Source: Heterodontus francisci
Lineage: Eukaryota
Length of the DNA stretch: 64,000 bases
NCBI RefSeq assembly: GCF_036365525.1
Contig: NC_090404.1
Location: 12,242,550 to 12,306,549, forward strand
Direction of reading: 5' to 3'
Position numbers and translations under genes: made by a program. The notes under the pieces were generated by a model. The model made no database searches and was not told the DNA's origin. It saw only the letters and a list, made by a program, of their open reading frames with translations. This document shows, in pieces, positions 12,030 through 25,984 of the stretch. Position 1 is the first letter of the stretch. The number at the start of each line of letters is the position of its first letter.

Positions 12030-15000
12030 GTAAGAAAAATGAACGTATTCAGTAACTGATTTATTTGTGTTTTTATTTTAAATTTCTGTTTATTTTAATG
12101 AAACATTCGTTCACTGAAATATGGATTTGGTGGATTCTGTCTTGATATTTGTTGCAATGTTTCATTTGATTCTGCTGCAAAGGGATGAAAGAATTTAACG
12201 GTTTCTTCACAATCGGTTCTGTTGCGGGATTCAGCTCCAGATTGATGTGATTTGGTATTTATTTGCTGATGAGACTGTGTGTCTGGGCTACTTTAAATAT
12301 CTAACTGTTGTTAAACTTTTTGACGTTTCTGCAATGTTTAATCTTGGTGACATCTAGTCACTGCAGGTTTTCCGATCTAATACAAACAATAAGTGTTTAA
12401 ATATGTTTGCAATAAAATTGTCTGCAGAAAACGTCAGTGGTCAAAAATAGCCTTACGATATTTTGATCTATTTTTATTTGTGGCAATTAAATTGTCATTT
12501 ATCAATCTACTGCTCACGAATGCTCATATGTAATACATTAAATTTTGATGTAATTAAGAATGACATAAATACCAAATTTGCAGTTTTAGTCAGATTTACA
12601 TTCATATAACCTCACTCATTATACTACGGTGATATCGGCCAATATTAATGAAATATGCTATAGTATCAAGATTAATTTATTAAACATGCTGTCTATACTG
12701 AAAATTCTGCTGCCATTATTTTATATTTCTGGTAAGTCAGAGACAGGCGGGCTCGGTGGATTCTGCATTGAGATTTGTTTGCAATGTTACGTTTGAGTCT
12801 GCTAAAGTTTTTGTAGAATTAAGCTGCTTCTCTATGAAACGTATTGAGGCCGGATTCAGTTCCTCAGTGATGTGATTTGGTGTTTATCTGCTGAGGAGAG
12901 TGTGTGCCTGTGTTACAAAGAAAAATTTGTGAAACTCTTTGGCATTGTTCTGCATTGTTTAATCTCGGTGACATTGAGCGGCTTCATGTTTTCTGATCGA
13001 ATGCAAACATTCTACGTGTTTAAAACTGCTTGAAAGACGATTGTAGCCGGAAAATTGGCCAGTTTCAGAAATGAGAAAAGAAAACATTGAAAGATATTTC
13101 AAGGCATTTTTTAAATATAAGTGATAATCGCAGATTACACTATTAAGCCATGTTTACAACGCACATTCAGTACGTGGAATGTAACTGCAATTACAAACTG
13201 CATAAGTAGCAGGTTTGCGGATTGGAGAGTCAAGTTAATGTAATTCAAACAAATGGAATGTGGCAGTATCTCCTCATTTAAACCAAATGTGCTTTAATAT
13301 TAACATCGATTTATTATTCATTAATCGCCTTTCAGAATTCTGGTGTGCCATGCGGACAATAATCATGACCAGAAAATGTTATGGGCTGGAGACAATTTTT
13401 AATTATGCTTGAAATTATTTCAATCAGTGGATACTTATTCCAATGTTCTGTTCAGTTTGATGAGCGCTTTTGAATTATTTTTTATATTCCTGATTAAAAC
13501 AGATGAATGACAGCTTTTATTTACTTATAACTTAAATAGAAGTTGTAAATTGCAGTTTGTCAGTGTAATATATCTGTCCGGTTATTACATTTTTTGCGTG
13601 AAGCCCAAACCATGTTCTTCCTTCAGTGTCAATTGTTGTTGGATAGCGAGAAAATGATCACTAATCAAATATTAACCATTTTCCCGAGACAAGAAGTCGC
13701 TGGTAGTCAAAGAATTGTTCATATGATTTTATTTAAATTGAAGAAACTTGTCGACTGCCCAAGGCGAGAGACAAACAAATAGCACGTTGAAATTCAAGTA
13801 GATTCAATTAATTTCAAATGGTTAATGTTCGTTTTGACTTCAATAACAACAAGTTCTCTTTCTAGCTGTGCTGCACACAGGATAGAAATATAGACAAAGA
13901 ACAGATTATACCCGAAAGTTACAATTCATTCTTATTAAGTATTAAATTGACCAACAAAATCTCGGCTACATTTGCTCACTAAGTTTCAGTGCCGCAGATG
14001 ATCTGAAAGAATTGTTCTCGTCCAGTTTTGCAGTGATCATTTTGAAGTTTCTTTCAATAGAAGCACCATGTATTTAATAATTAATTTACAGGAATTTTGT
14101 AAATTACTGGAGTAAAATATAAAAACATTGTGTGATTAAATAGTGGCAGCACAGTCACCAATCGTAAACTGCCTTGAGGAGAAATTATTGTTCAATTTAA
14201 ATGATTGAACTGCGATTCGATTTAAGTAGAAGTAATATATTTTATGCATGTTTGAATCTATTAATATGATATTTATTATTTAATATTGATTAAGTGTCAC
14301 AATAATTTAATTAAACCCCCCATTATTTCACAAGGCACCAGGCAGAAGCAGGTCTTGAATTAATATTAACTTTCAAAAAAGTATAAAATCAGCTAACATG
14401 AATATTAACCAAGAATATAATAATAGCGCTAATTCATTAAACTTAAATGACCTCCCGCAATTGAGTAGTGTACTTGCCGGGATTCCAATGAGTGCAAAAT
14501 CTCAAGGGTCGGAGAGAATTCTGAATAAATTAGAGAACAATGTATTTCTTACTCAGCTGTTCTGAGCTCGATGACGTGTCGCCGCAGATTTTAATGAATC
14601 AACTATGTGTAATGCTTCAATTTTTTTTGGTAACGTTTAAGTATGCAATTGTATCAAACCGGTGGGTAATCGGTTTGTAAGGTGTGTGCTTCCTGACTTG
14701 TTCAATTCTTATGCTGTCACTGAGTTCCTGTTACGGACATCAAATTCCTCCGAATGTGAATTGTTTTGATGAACACATTTTAAGTGGGACGACATCATAT
14801 GTTTTTAAGATTACAGACAAATAGGGAGAAACTGTTGAAGTGGAAGGGTGTTTTTGAAATGAATACCAGTTTACTTTCAAAGAGCTCACAGACTTGTATT
14901 GGTCTCAATTTGACAATTGATAAATTAGAATCAAACATCTTCATTGAAGTTGACAGATTCAACAGATCTATCTGCTGCGAGCCCCATTGTTACACCATTA

Positions 15001-15279
15001 GTGCCTGTTCTGTTTCTGTGCGCCTGCTCACTGTGTGGAGATCAGTAATCCTCCCGACTGGTTGTAAACCTTCTGGTTCGTCCTCATGTATTTCATGAGT
15101 GCAATTTGATCCATTTATTTAAGAAACTTGTACCTGTGAGAAAAACGAAATTTTGGCTTTAAGTCTGATGAGGCGCCTCCGCGATGAGATCTGTATTCCA
15201 GTCTGTGACAGTCAGAAATAGCAGTTCAGTGTCATGACAGACAGAATGTAGAAGGAGAATTGGTCAATTTGTAATCAGT

Positions 15280-15660
15280 AATGTCTCTCCCTTGGGAGCA
15301 TTTGACTGCCAATGTCGAGGAAGCTTTGCTACATATTTAATCCAAGCTGTAACTGTCCTGGGATTGTTTGATGGGGACAGTGTCGAGAGAAAAAATACTC
15401 TGTATCGAAATCGGGTTGAACCTGTCCTGGATGTATTTGATGGGACAGGGTACAGGGAGCTTTATTTTATATTAAACTAGAGCTGTACCTGACCCAGAGC
15501 GATAGTGAAGTATAGAGGTGGCTTTCCATGGTAGATAACACTTGTGATGTCTGATCTTACAGCTCAGGTTAGGGACGTACAGGGGGATCTTTACTCTACA
15601 ATTTAACTGTCCTGTACCTGTCCCGAAAGTTTTTTCCCCGCAGTGTTCAAGGATCTGCAT
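15280..15660 (-). repeat. ~65-bp shark tandem repeat (ccatcaaacactcccaggacaggtacagcatgggttagatacagagtaaagctccctctacactgt family); + strand copies at ~24900-25140 and ~31060-31200
   Basis: Recurrent units tgtttgatgggacag...agctttact...tctaac. Confidence 0.75.
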
Positions 15661-16140
15661 CTAACTCATGAGCTGTGAGTTCTCGAGCCAGACATATGAA
15701 AATAAATTGTTCCATTGCCCAGATGAAATAACGCACATGAATTGATTTTAACCATTCATGCAAGCCCAATTTTTAATGAATTAAAAATATTTAAACCTGT
15801 TAAGTATCAGATAATTATTGAATGAGATTGGCCTGATCTTGAGTGTACTTTCAGAAGAAAGAGTTTCAGGAAGCAGCTGTCGTGCCCCAGTTAGCAGCAC
15901 CTGTTCTGAACTGATGGGAGAATGGAAGTTCTTTTGGCACTTTAAATGGAAATAGTCGAGACTCCGGCTACAAATAACCATCATGATAATCTCATCTTTG
16001 AAATCATTATTTCGTTCAAGTATTTTCAAAAGATAACAGGCAGTGATAAACTCTGATGAGATGCAGTAATTGGACTGGGTCACAACTGAGGCTACTTCCC
16101 ACTAAAGTCAGCTTGTGTGAAACTATTGAAGTGATACTTT

Positions 16141-16455
16141 CGGCACGGTGGTGCGGTGGTTAGCACTGCAGCCTCATAGCTCCAGCGACCCGCGTTCAAT
16201 TCTGGGTACTGCTTGTGTGGAGTTTGTAAGTTCTCCCAGTGTCCGCGTGGGTTTTCGCCGGGTGCTCCGGTTTCCTCCCACAGCCGAAGACTTGCAGGTT
16301 TATCGGTAAATTGGCCATTATAAATTGCCCCTAGTATAGGCAGGTGGTAGAAATATGGGCTTAGGGTAGGATTAATATAAATGATATTGATGTTCGGCGC
16401 AGACTTGGTGGGCCGAAGGCCCTGTTTCAGTGCTGTATCTCTGAATAATAAATGA
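16141..16455 (+). mobile_element. tRNA-derived SINE (HE1/V-SINE-like)
   Basis: A-box-like TGGTGCGGTGG, B-box-like GTTCAATTC, core gggtgctccggtttcctcccaca, CR1-like tail gggccgaaggccctgtttcagtgctgta; paralogues at 35345-35695 and 36860-37190. Confidence 0.85.
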
Positions 16456-17400
16456 TACAGTTAGCCTGCAGTCAATGTCAATCACGACAAGCTTTAAGTC
16501 TCTGACAGTATCTGATTGACTCAGTTGTAGTTTTTAAGATTAGTCGCTATTTTGGAGGGAGGGGGTTGTGCTGGGGATGGAGGGAGGGGGTGGAAGGGTG
16601 GGGGCAACACAGCAGTCTACTTGCAAAGAGCAAATTTCCAAAACACTGCAATTGATAAATGTTGAATGCTTTATTTTTTGAAAAGTGCTGCTGGTTTAGA
16701 AATAAATACTGACCGGAATAGCGGCGAACCTCCACCTCCAGCTCACCACCACCTCCTCAAGGACAATTATGGACGGGCAATAAATGCTGACCTCGCCAGT
16801 GACGCCCACATCCCATGAATGAATAAAAGGCTCTTACTTTTGTAATGTTACAGGTCCTGTCAGAGAGGTGTGTTCCTCACCAGGGGACCGACAGGTGATG
16901 ATCACCAAATGATGGAGTTGCTAGAAGCTCCAATGCGGATGAAGGTTTTAATATTGGAATCAGTTTCTTGCTGGAGCCAAATTCCAACTTGTTTGGTTAC
17001 TTGATAAGCATGAATTACAGTGTCTAACTCGTTCAATTAATAAATGCAGAGTGTTTTTTTTTTGACAAAGTGCTCTTGGTTGAGAAATAAATACTGGCAG
17101 GAATAATGGGGAAACCCCTCTTCCATGTTAATCCAATGTAAGGTACTTTATTCAGGCGACGTCAAAAGGCTCCTACTTTTGTAATGTAACAGATCCTGAA
17201 AGAGAGGTGAATTCCTGACCTGGAGACCAACAGGTGATGATTCCCAATGATGGAAGTGGTAGAAGCTCAAATGCGGATGAAGATTTTAATTGGAAAATAT
17301 TGGAATTAGTTTCTAGCTGGAGTCAAATTCCAAGTTGTTTGGTTACTTGATAAGCATGAATTACTGAGTCTAACTTGTTCAATCTGCCATTCTTTCACAG

Positions 17401-17697
17401 CGACACCGTCTCCCCCAACCCTTTACGGCCTGTGCTCCTGTGAGCAACCCAACACCGACGGCTCCTTGGCCTACGGCTGTTTGGCAATGGACTACATCCC
17501 CCAAATCACCAGCGTTTCCTGGAAGAAAGATAATGAGCCGATCACCACTGGATTGAAGACTTACCCGTCAGTGCTGAACAAGAAGGGAACCTACACCCAG
17601 AGCAGCCAGTTAACCATCACCGAGTCAGAGGTGGGAAGCAGCAAAATCTACTGCGAGGTTCGACGCGGAGAGTCGGTCTGGATCAAGGAAATTCCAG
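17401..17697 (+). CDS. IGHM: IgM constant exon Cmu1
   Basis: ttcacag acceptor; (A)[31 protein letters not shown]...[17 protein letters not shown]; phase-1 donor at 17698. Confidence 0.97.
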
Positions 17698-17908
17698 GTT
17701 AGTGTTGTGGAAACTGTGAAAAATAGAAAAGCTTTAATGATCTTATTTAGAGCTTTGGCTCTACCATATTCAGAGTACCGTGCACAGTTCTGATCCCTCT
17801 AAACTCCAGCTGGTGTCTGCTTGACAGCAAAGAAGCTGTTAAAATATAAGAACAGTTTGCATTAGTTATTAATTTCTTCTAAAAATGTCTAACGTGTTTT
17901 TCTTGAAG

Positions 17909-18226
17909 ATTGTAAAGGTGACAAGGTCCATCCAACTGTTATCCTCACCCAGAGTTCCAGTGAAGAAATCACAAGCAGAAGATTTGCAACTGTCTTGTGT
18001 TCAATCATCGATTTCCATCCAGAGTCAATAACCGTGAGTTGGTTGAAGGATGGACAACACATGGAATCGGGCTTCGTCACATCTCCCACCTGTGGAGTGA
18101 ACGGGACCTTCTCGGCGACCAGTCGGCTGACAGTCCCCGCTAGGGAATGGTTCACCAACAAGGTCTATACCTGCCAGGTCTCCCATCAAGGGGTCACCCA
18201 AAGCCGAAACATCACCGGATCTCAGG
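17909..18226 (+). CDS. IGHM: IgM constant exon Cmu2
   Basis: (D)[14 protein letters not shown]...[21 protein letters not shown]...YTCQVSHQG; GT/AG flanks. Confidence 0.97.
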
Positions 18227-18539
18227 GTAAGAGACTTAAACCAAAGAAGCTCCAGATCATTCTGTGCTCTGTTGTTAATCAAATAAAGGAATTTATAGGA
18301 ACTCGTACAAAACACAGAATATTTTCTAATTTCCCATCATGCAGTTTGTATATTTCTTTCCGCTGTGAGTGCTGAATTAGGATTGCTCACGGTTCAACAT
18401 GTCATCACATCACATCAATAGTCCCCTCTGCCTAGATGCCATATAGTGAGTGAGGTGACCTTGATATCAGGTTTATTCTGAGCGGCATTAAGTAATGAGG
18501 ACAGGTTTATCAGACCTAACTGGTATTGCTTTCAGTATT

Positions 18540-18920
18540 AAAGATGAAAAGGGAATCTAACTGAGGTGTTTTAGTTGTTTATTGGAATTGATGGAGTCGA
18601 TGGAGAAAAACATTTCTTCGGGTGTGGGACTCCAGAACAAGTGGGTATAACCTACAAATTTGACCAAGATCATATAGGGATGATATCAGGAAGGAGCTAT
18701 TCACACAATGGGTAGCGCAAACCTAGAATTATCTCCCTCAACTCACTCTTGAAGTCTGGCATCAATTGAAACATTTAGTGTTGATATTGATAGATTGAAA
18801 TTAGGCAAGGGAATAAGGGTAGACGGTGTTAAGATACAGATCAGCCATTGTCTAACAGAATGGTGGAACAGGCTCGAGGGGATGAATGGACTACTCTTTT
18901 TCTTCTGTTTTTATGATTGT
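18540..18920 (+). mobile_element. Old CR1-type LINE 3' fragment in the Cmu2-Cmu3 intron
   Basis: Degenerate ttcacacaatgggtag...gatcagccattgtc...gaatggactactc CR1 tail. Confidence 0.65.
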
Positions 18921-19617
18921 CCTCTGGTCAGATCGCCCTCTGACTCCAGACGGACATATGAGGAGTTCTCACTCATGACAGATATTTGCAAAGTGCCTCA
19001 GACCGTTATTGCAATTTATTCTCCACATCAAAAAGACTCCTGAGAATATTTTCACCACCTTTCACCCCTCCTGCGATTGGTTCCAACATATTCTCAACTC
19101 CTCAACTATCGTGACAAGGCGCCAGAAAATTAACTTTTTTTTCCTGTTGGGCCAAAATTTCGGAATTTCGTTTGACACTCGTTTTGAGCCAGTGTGAATT
19201 ACATGTCTAGCTTGTGTCCATGGGAGATAGAGCCATTATATACAGCGGAGATACGAACATACTAATTAGGAGCAGGATTTGGTCACTCGGCCTCTCGAGC
19301 CGGCTCTGCCAGAGATTTCAGGAAGAACGTTATTCAGTGCGTAACACAAATTCTCCCACAATTATTCGTTTTTTACACCGCGTACTTGCTTCAAAGTCCA
19401 TTACAGGCTTCTTAGGGTGCAAGTACACAGTATATGTTATAGGATCTCCAGGAAGCTCTTTCAGGTTGTTGTCCTTCCAATAAACTATAATATTTTGAGC
19501 AACAGCTGGAGGTTGATGTCTCGAAATTGATTTAATCTCCTAGAGACAGTGAAGGCTGAAAACTGGTGCCTGATTTTGAAGACGAATCTTTGTTTGACTT
19601 TCATTTCTGTTTTACAG

Positions 19618-19926
19618 TTCCTTGCTCCTGCAATGATCCAGTAATTAAACTACTGCCACCATCAATAGAACAGGTCTTACTGGAGGCGACGGTGACCTTA
19701 ACCTGCGTCGTGTCTAATGCTCCTTATGGAGTCAATGTGTCCTGGACCCAAGAACAGAAGTCTTTGAAATCAGAGATTGCCGTCCAACCTGGAGAGGATG
19801 CAGACAGCGTGATCAGCACCGTAAACATCTCGACGCAAGCCTGGCTGAGTGGGGCTGAGTTCTACTGCGTGGTGAACCATCAGGATCTGCCGACTCCTCT
19901 CAGAGCATCCATCCACAAGGAAGAAG
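19618..19926 (+). CDS. IGHM: IgM constant exon Cmu3
   Basis: (V)[31 protein letters not shown]...[22 protein letters not shown]; GT/AG flanks. Confidence 0.97.
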
Positions 19927-20427
19927 GTGAGCGGTGAGATTGAAGCAATAAGTGAGATGTTGTGATCATTTCTTGCGTTTGTGCAAGGCCCAATTCGTCC
20001 TATTAAGTGCTCACATGGATTATTCTGATAATTTAAGTGTAATTCCACTGAAAAAAACCCCTCTGGAACCATAGGTAATGCATTTAAGGGGAAGCGAGAT
20101 AAGTAGATGAGGGAGAAAGGAATAGAAGGAGATGAAGTAAGGCGGGAGGAGGTTTGTGTGCAGAGTAAGCAACAACACAGACTAGTTGGGCCGAATGACC
20201 AGTATTTCTGCTGTAAAATCTGTGTAATGTTCCAGTCTAATCCTTTAAATTCTCATCGAGAAGGATTGCATCCACCTCTGCTCCGGGCTGGAAAACAGGA
20301 CTGAGCCCAGAGGGGAAAAGGAAACCTTTAAAATTCAGCGCAAAGCACTTTCCTCTAACATGTAACCACCGGTTTTATTGTCTCTGGAATTCTCCAGTTT
20401 ATTGACATTATTTTAATTTTTCTGCAG

Positions 20428-20819
20428 TTAAAGATCTGCGAGAACCGTCCGTGTCTATCCTCCTGTCCCCGGCAGAAGATGTCTCCGCTCAGAGGTTCCT
20501 CTCCCTCACCTGCTTAGTGAGAGGTTTCTTCCCACGAGAGATCTTCGTCAAGTGGACCGTCAATGACAAGTCGGTGAATCCTGGCAACTACAAGAACACC
20601 GAGGTGATGGCAGAGAACGACAATAGCTCCTACTTCATCTACAGCCTGTTATCCATTGCAGCGGAGGAGTGGGCCAGCGGCGCTTCTTACTCCTGTGTGG
20701 TGGGACATGAAGCGATCCCCTTGAAGATCATCAACAGAACAGTTAATAAATCGAGCGGTAAACCCAGTTTTGTGAACATTTCCCTTGCACTGTTGGACAC
20801 TGTCAATTCATGTCAATGA
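20428..20819 (+). CDS. IGHM: IgM Cmu4 plus secretory tailpiece (internal donor after 20757 for the membrane form)
   Basis: [16 protein letters not shown]...[11 protein letters not shown]...SS|[20 protein letters not shown]; N-I-S glycosylation site and penultimate Cys. Confidence 0.97.
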
Positions 20820-20847
20820 GAATGTCTCGATTGCATTTCAATTCTTA

Positions 20848-20863
20848 AATAAAAACCAATAAA
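20848..20863 (+). terminator. Secretory-form polyadenylation signals (two AATAAA)
   Basis: AATAAA at 20848 and 20858, ~30-40 nt after the stop codon. Confidence 0.8.
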
Positions 20864-21959
20864 GACCTTTTCTTCCAATCGCGATTTAAATACACAGCCA
20901 CTCAATTAATTTTGCTTCCCACATTTGCGAAGGGTAGATCTGTTCATCTCAAGTAGAATATTTGAATAACTCGTGCCCAAGTCTGTAGAATGGTACTCCA
21001 AGCTCAGATACACCACAGCTAAGCAACAAAGGAAGCGAATTCATTACAGGATTCTGCAGAGTAACTTCAGCACCTTTCCCCCTCTGGGAGAGGTCCGAAA
21101 TTTTCCCTTTCCTAACAAAGAAACGAGGTGAATTTTGATTTTGGTGTTCCTGCTCCTCGTGTTGTCCATCCTTTCAGATTTGGGGCCAGTTTTAATTTGC
21201 AGTATAGGAAGGACTGATCAGCCAAGGGGCCTGTTTCTGTGCTGTCTAACTTTGTGACTCCATGAATTGAGGGCGACACACGATTACCAACAATGCCCAA
21301 AATCCCCCAACAGGAAGAGGGAAAAGGACAATTTATTAACTCACTGTAACCCCACTTCCTGAACAGAGAAAGGGAAAGTGCAATTGTTAATCCACTGTAA
21401 CTCCACTTCTCCAATAGAGAGAGGGCAGAGGGAGATGTGAACCGATTGCAGCCCTCACTCAATTCCTCCATAGATAAACGATCAAGGACATTTGTTAACC
21501 CACTATACTCCCACTCCTCCGGCAGAGAGCTTGGAAGGCAACCACTCTCTATTATATGGTCTCAGTTGTCATCAGTACAAAGTCAGCTTTATAGCTGAAT
21601 GTGCGAGCATTTTAAACTTTCTACACGGAAACCATCTTGTAAAACATATGTGTATGCAACATAATATCTTTAAACTTTTCCCTGTTAATCTTATTGAAAC
21701 AAATTGAATTCTAACAGTCCAAATCTAACCGGTGATATAATCCTCCTCTGTTTTTTCATACTTGTGCTCCTGATGTTTATGAGGCCTATCAGTTGCATTG
21801 CTGCATGCATACAGATGACGTCATATTGCATCTCTCACAAAATACATTTACACATAGAATAGTGAAGAATGTTCTCGACAATGCACACTGTCAAGGCCAG
21901 ACCTGGTTATTGGTTCTCTGTGAAACTTTGAAGAATAATAAAAACGCACAGGCATACGG

Positions 21960-23240
21960 ACAAAAACACACACACAAACACACTCACATACGCCTACACA
22001 CTGAAACAGGCCCAAATGCTGATATATATTCTTCCACAATCACACACACAAACATAAACTAAACCACGCACCGTAGTACAGTCTCACGTACACAGAAACA
22101 TAGACATTCACCGTTAACACATATGCATGAGCTTACTTATTAGCACATTAGCAAACTGGTAAACATGCACCCAAACATGTCGATAGATAGACACATTAAC
22201 ACACAGATAAACACCAGCATTAATATTCTGACACACTCACTCACACACAAATAAACACCAACATTAATATAAATAAATGCAAAATACTGTAGATGCTGGA
22301 AATCAGAAAGAAAAACAAGAAATGCTGGAAACACTGGGCAGGTCTGGCAGCATCTGTGAGAGAGAAGCAGAGTTATCATTTCAGAACAGTGGCCCTTCAT
22401 CAAAACTAGCAAATATGAGAAATGTAAAAGATTTTAAACAAGTAAAGTGGGGGTGGGGCAAGGATAACAAAAGAAAAGGTGTGGATAGGACAAAGTCACT
22501 AAGAATAACTGACCATAAGGCCACAGTTTGCCTTTGATCCTTTTACATTTTAAACCTTTTGTATTTCTAATATTTGTCAGTTCTGATGAAGGGTAACTGA
22601 CCAAGTTTAATGTACTTACACCCTCACTATAAGCATCAACAGCAACTTAAGATACTGACACACTCACTGACACAGAAATAAACACCAACATTAATATACT
22701 GACACACACATGGATAAACAAACATGCACATAAACACATACATTCGCACACATGTACAAATAATCATACATGAACACACGCATTAATGCATAAATGTAAA
22801 CATTAACACACACAAACACATTAACACACCCAGATAGACACATTGACACATAAATACGCATTAACTTACAGGGACACATAAAGATCCATCAACACAGAAA
22901 CACAGGTTAACAAACTCACACTTAAATAAATATTAACACACTCACACAAAACAGGGACAGATAGGCACAACACACACACACACACATACAAGCGCACACA
23001 CAGCTGCATACACACATGCGGTCACTTGAATACACATATCTATGCACATTGGCACAGCCATCAACATATAAACAAGAACACTAATACACTCGCACTTGAG
23101 TATGTAAACGAACAAATAAACACATTCATTAACACTCACACGCAAGCACACATGGATGCACACACACAGAGTAATGCAAAGCAAGAGATACTGATACACA
23201 CACACAGAAGCAATAAAGCGCACAGACAAAAACACTAGAC
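21960..23240 (+). repeat. CA-rich low-complexity/degenerate (CA)n tract, interrupted by an interspersed repeat at ~22275-22600
   Basis: acacac-rich sequence. Confidence 0.85.
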
Positions 23241-23819
23241 TACAGATGAAAGCAGAATTCAAATGCACTATTTGAACAGACAACGTCCCCAACAATTTCC
23301 TTGATACATGTTGGACTTCCAATCCCAATGAAGCAATGTTCTCAGTTAGAAACTGCGATCAATTAATGATTTACTAACCACACTCATCACAAATAAACAA
23401 ACAAGATTGGAAGTCACATCCGATCTCTTACCCAGCACCATTGACAATCTCCAAACAAGTAGTTATCTGAATCTATCTTCACAATAATTGTTATCGATCA
23501 GTAAACCTCCCTCGGTATCTCACCATAATTGCTAAGGATAGAACGAAATTGATCCAAAATAAAAGCGCCTGACAGTGAAGGAAAAACTGACATCTTTTCC
23601 AATATGACTTGGACGAGAATCATAAATGAAGAACGACTGTGGAGTTACTAACAGAGATTGATTGCTGAATGTGATTAATCTAACAACAGATATAGATTTA
23701 AAATTAAATTCGGGAGCAAAATCATGGGTTAAGGAAGAGAAATGCGAATGCAAACTAACAATCTTATATCCTGCTTTAATAAACAATCTAAATATATTTT
23801 CTCGTCTACATCCCCGTAG

Positions 23820-23947
23820 ATTCCCCAGACCACATCTGGATTGAAGACAATGAGGAAGAGAGCGGCAGCGTCTGGACAACGGCTTCTACATTCATCATCC
23901 TGTTCTTCCTGAGCATTTTCTACAGTGCTGCCGTCACTCTGGTGAAG
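23820..23947 (+). CDS. IGHM: IgM transmembrane exon TM1
   Basis: (D)[42 protein letters not shown] with the conserved antigen-receptor TM motif; donor GTGAGA. Confidence 0.97.
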
Positions 23948-24093
23948 GTGAGAAGATTCAAACCACTCACACTTCAATTTGACTGAAGCTGTTTAATAAA
24001 TCTCGAAAACTTTCATCGATTTAAAAAAAAACTCTGAGATGAAATTCCCAGACCACGAAATCTCTGCTTCATTCTTTTATCCCTCTTTTACAG

Positions 24094-24102
24094 GTCAAGT
24101 GA
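24094..24102 (+). CDS. IGHM: IgM exon TM2 (VK*)
   Basis: ttttacag|GTC AAG TGA gives the KVK tail; AATAAA at 24505-24510. Confidence 0.93.
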   Translation, partial: VK

Positions 24103-25984
24103 ATGATTGAATTTCGGCCGCCCTGGATTTTCCTCATTTTCTAACATCTCTGTATTACCAAAAAAAAGGAAAACTATAAAAGTAGAATACTTTCAGTTTA
24201 TGGTTCTGAATCTGCAGCTGAGAAAATCAGAAACATTAATTCAATTGTTCTGTTTGAAATGTATGAGATAATCGTGGCAATAATGTAAATGTACCTTCGA
24301 CTTTCATGTGTAAATAAGTAACTATTCCTTACTCATAATTGTTTCCTCTCTTTTGTGTTTTTTCTCTCTCCTCTGTTATAGTTTTACAGATAGCCGACAG
24401 CTCAGACCGCATGTGTTCTGTTCTCAATGTGATGCACAGTTGTTATATTCACTGTTCCTTTTCTTTTAAAGTCTTCTCTGTTAAATTTTCCTTTTGAAAT
24501 TCCTAATAAATATTGAACAACAAATGCACTAACTTGGACTTTGCTGAATCCTTTACCCCAAGGCCATCCACACCACTCCATGTTCCCTGTTGCACGTTTT
24601 TCCCCTTTCCTGACATCTATTTTGCACCAGTCCGTCTGGATTGCGTTTCAACCCAAGGCTCTTCGGTGAAAGAGCCGCTGCGCCATCCAGAGCCCCATCG
24701 GAGTAAAGACACCTTTCCCTCTGCCTCATTGTGACAACCACCAGAGGCAGAATGACCGCACAGCGACCAGGAGCAACTCGCTGACTTCCACTATCTTATG
24801 TTCTGTCAGAGTTACATGCCGGGTTGTATTAAACAGCAACACCCTGCTCTATTACAAACTGATTACAGTATGATATAACGAAGAATGCTGTCCCAACAAA
24901 CTTTTCCAGGGCAGGCATGGAACAGGTTAGATGTCTGAGTAATCTCACTCTCCGCCATCTCATCAAACACTGCCAGGATAGGTACAGCATGGGTTTTGAC
25001 ACAGAGTAAATCTCCCTCTACTCTGTCCCATCAAACTCTCCCAGGACAAGAACACCACCAGTTAGATACAGAATAAAGCTCTTTCTACACTGTTTCGCCA
25101 AACACTCGCAGGACAGGTATGGCACAGGTTAGATTTATATCACCTAGAGACTGGTGCATATCTGACACAATAAATCATCGCGTACAAATACCGAGCATTA
25201 TCCCAAGAACCAGGGGTCCATCTGACAAGCAGGAAGTACAAATCTTAAGAATGATTCCCATAGCCTGGGGCTTATCTAAAGCATAGGAGAAGACATGCCC
25301 TGGGAATAAAGTCCAAAGTCTGAACGTTATGTGACTAACAAGGCAGCACAATTCCTGGGATAATTCCCAAAGCCTATCAGACAAAGGAGAGGCAATAAAC
25401 TGTGGGAATGATTCCTGGAGTCTGAGGCCTATCTGAGACAGAGACTTCATCTTTGCATTTTATGTTATACACACAACCCATTCTCTCTCCACATGTTTTG
25501 TCTCACACACACATACTCCACCTTTCTGTTATGCTCATGCCGAAACTCTGCCTCCACCTTTTCTGCTTTACCCATTACCCATGCTCCTTGCCATATGTCT
25601 CCGTGATGTATTTTCTCTCTCGCTGCTCCATCCCTCTGATGCCATCTGCCTGAACTCACCGAACATTACTTCAGGGATCCTCTCTACCTGCTCCATTCCC
25701 TCTGATACCATCTCCCTGAAATCATTGATCATCACCCCAGGGATCCTCATTCCATCTCCCTTTAAAAGAAGAGGCTGTTGAAATAGTGGATGCATTGGTT
25801 GTAGTCTGCCAAAATACCCTAGTATTTGGAAAGCTCCTGGCGGATTGGAAACCCGCAAAATTATGTGGTGACAGACAGCAGGAAGCTATAGGCTTGTTAG
25901 TTTAACATCTGTCACCACTATTTAGACAGAATCTCAAGACCTTGAAGACAGTGCAGAGGAGGTACACCAGAATGGTAGCAGGAG

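Noticed and set aside
16141-16215. tRNA gene
   Set aside because: tRNA-like head continues into a SINE body and LINE-like tail, with three dispersed copies in the window.
12030-17400. Class-switch region
   Set aside because: No long G-rich or AGCT-rich tandem array in the J-C intron.
22691-23328. Cys/Val-rich and His/Thr-rich ORFs
   Set aside because: Translations of CA/TG low-complexity sequence.
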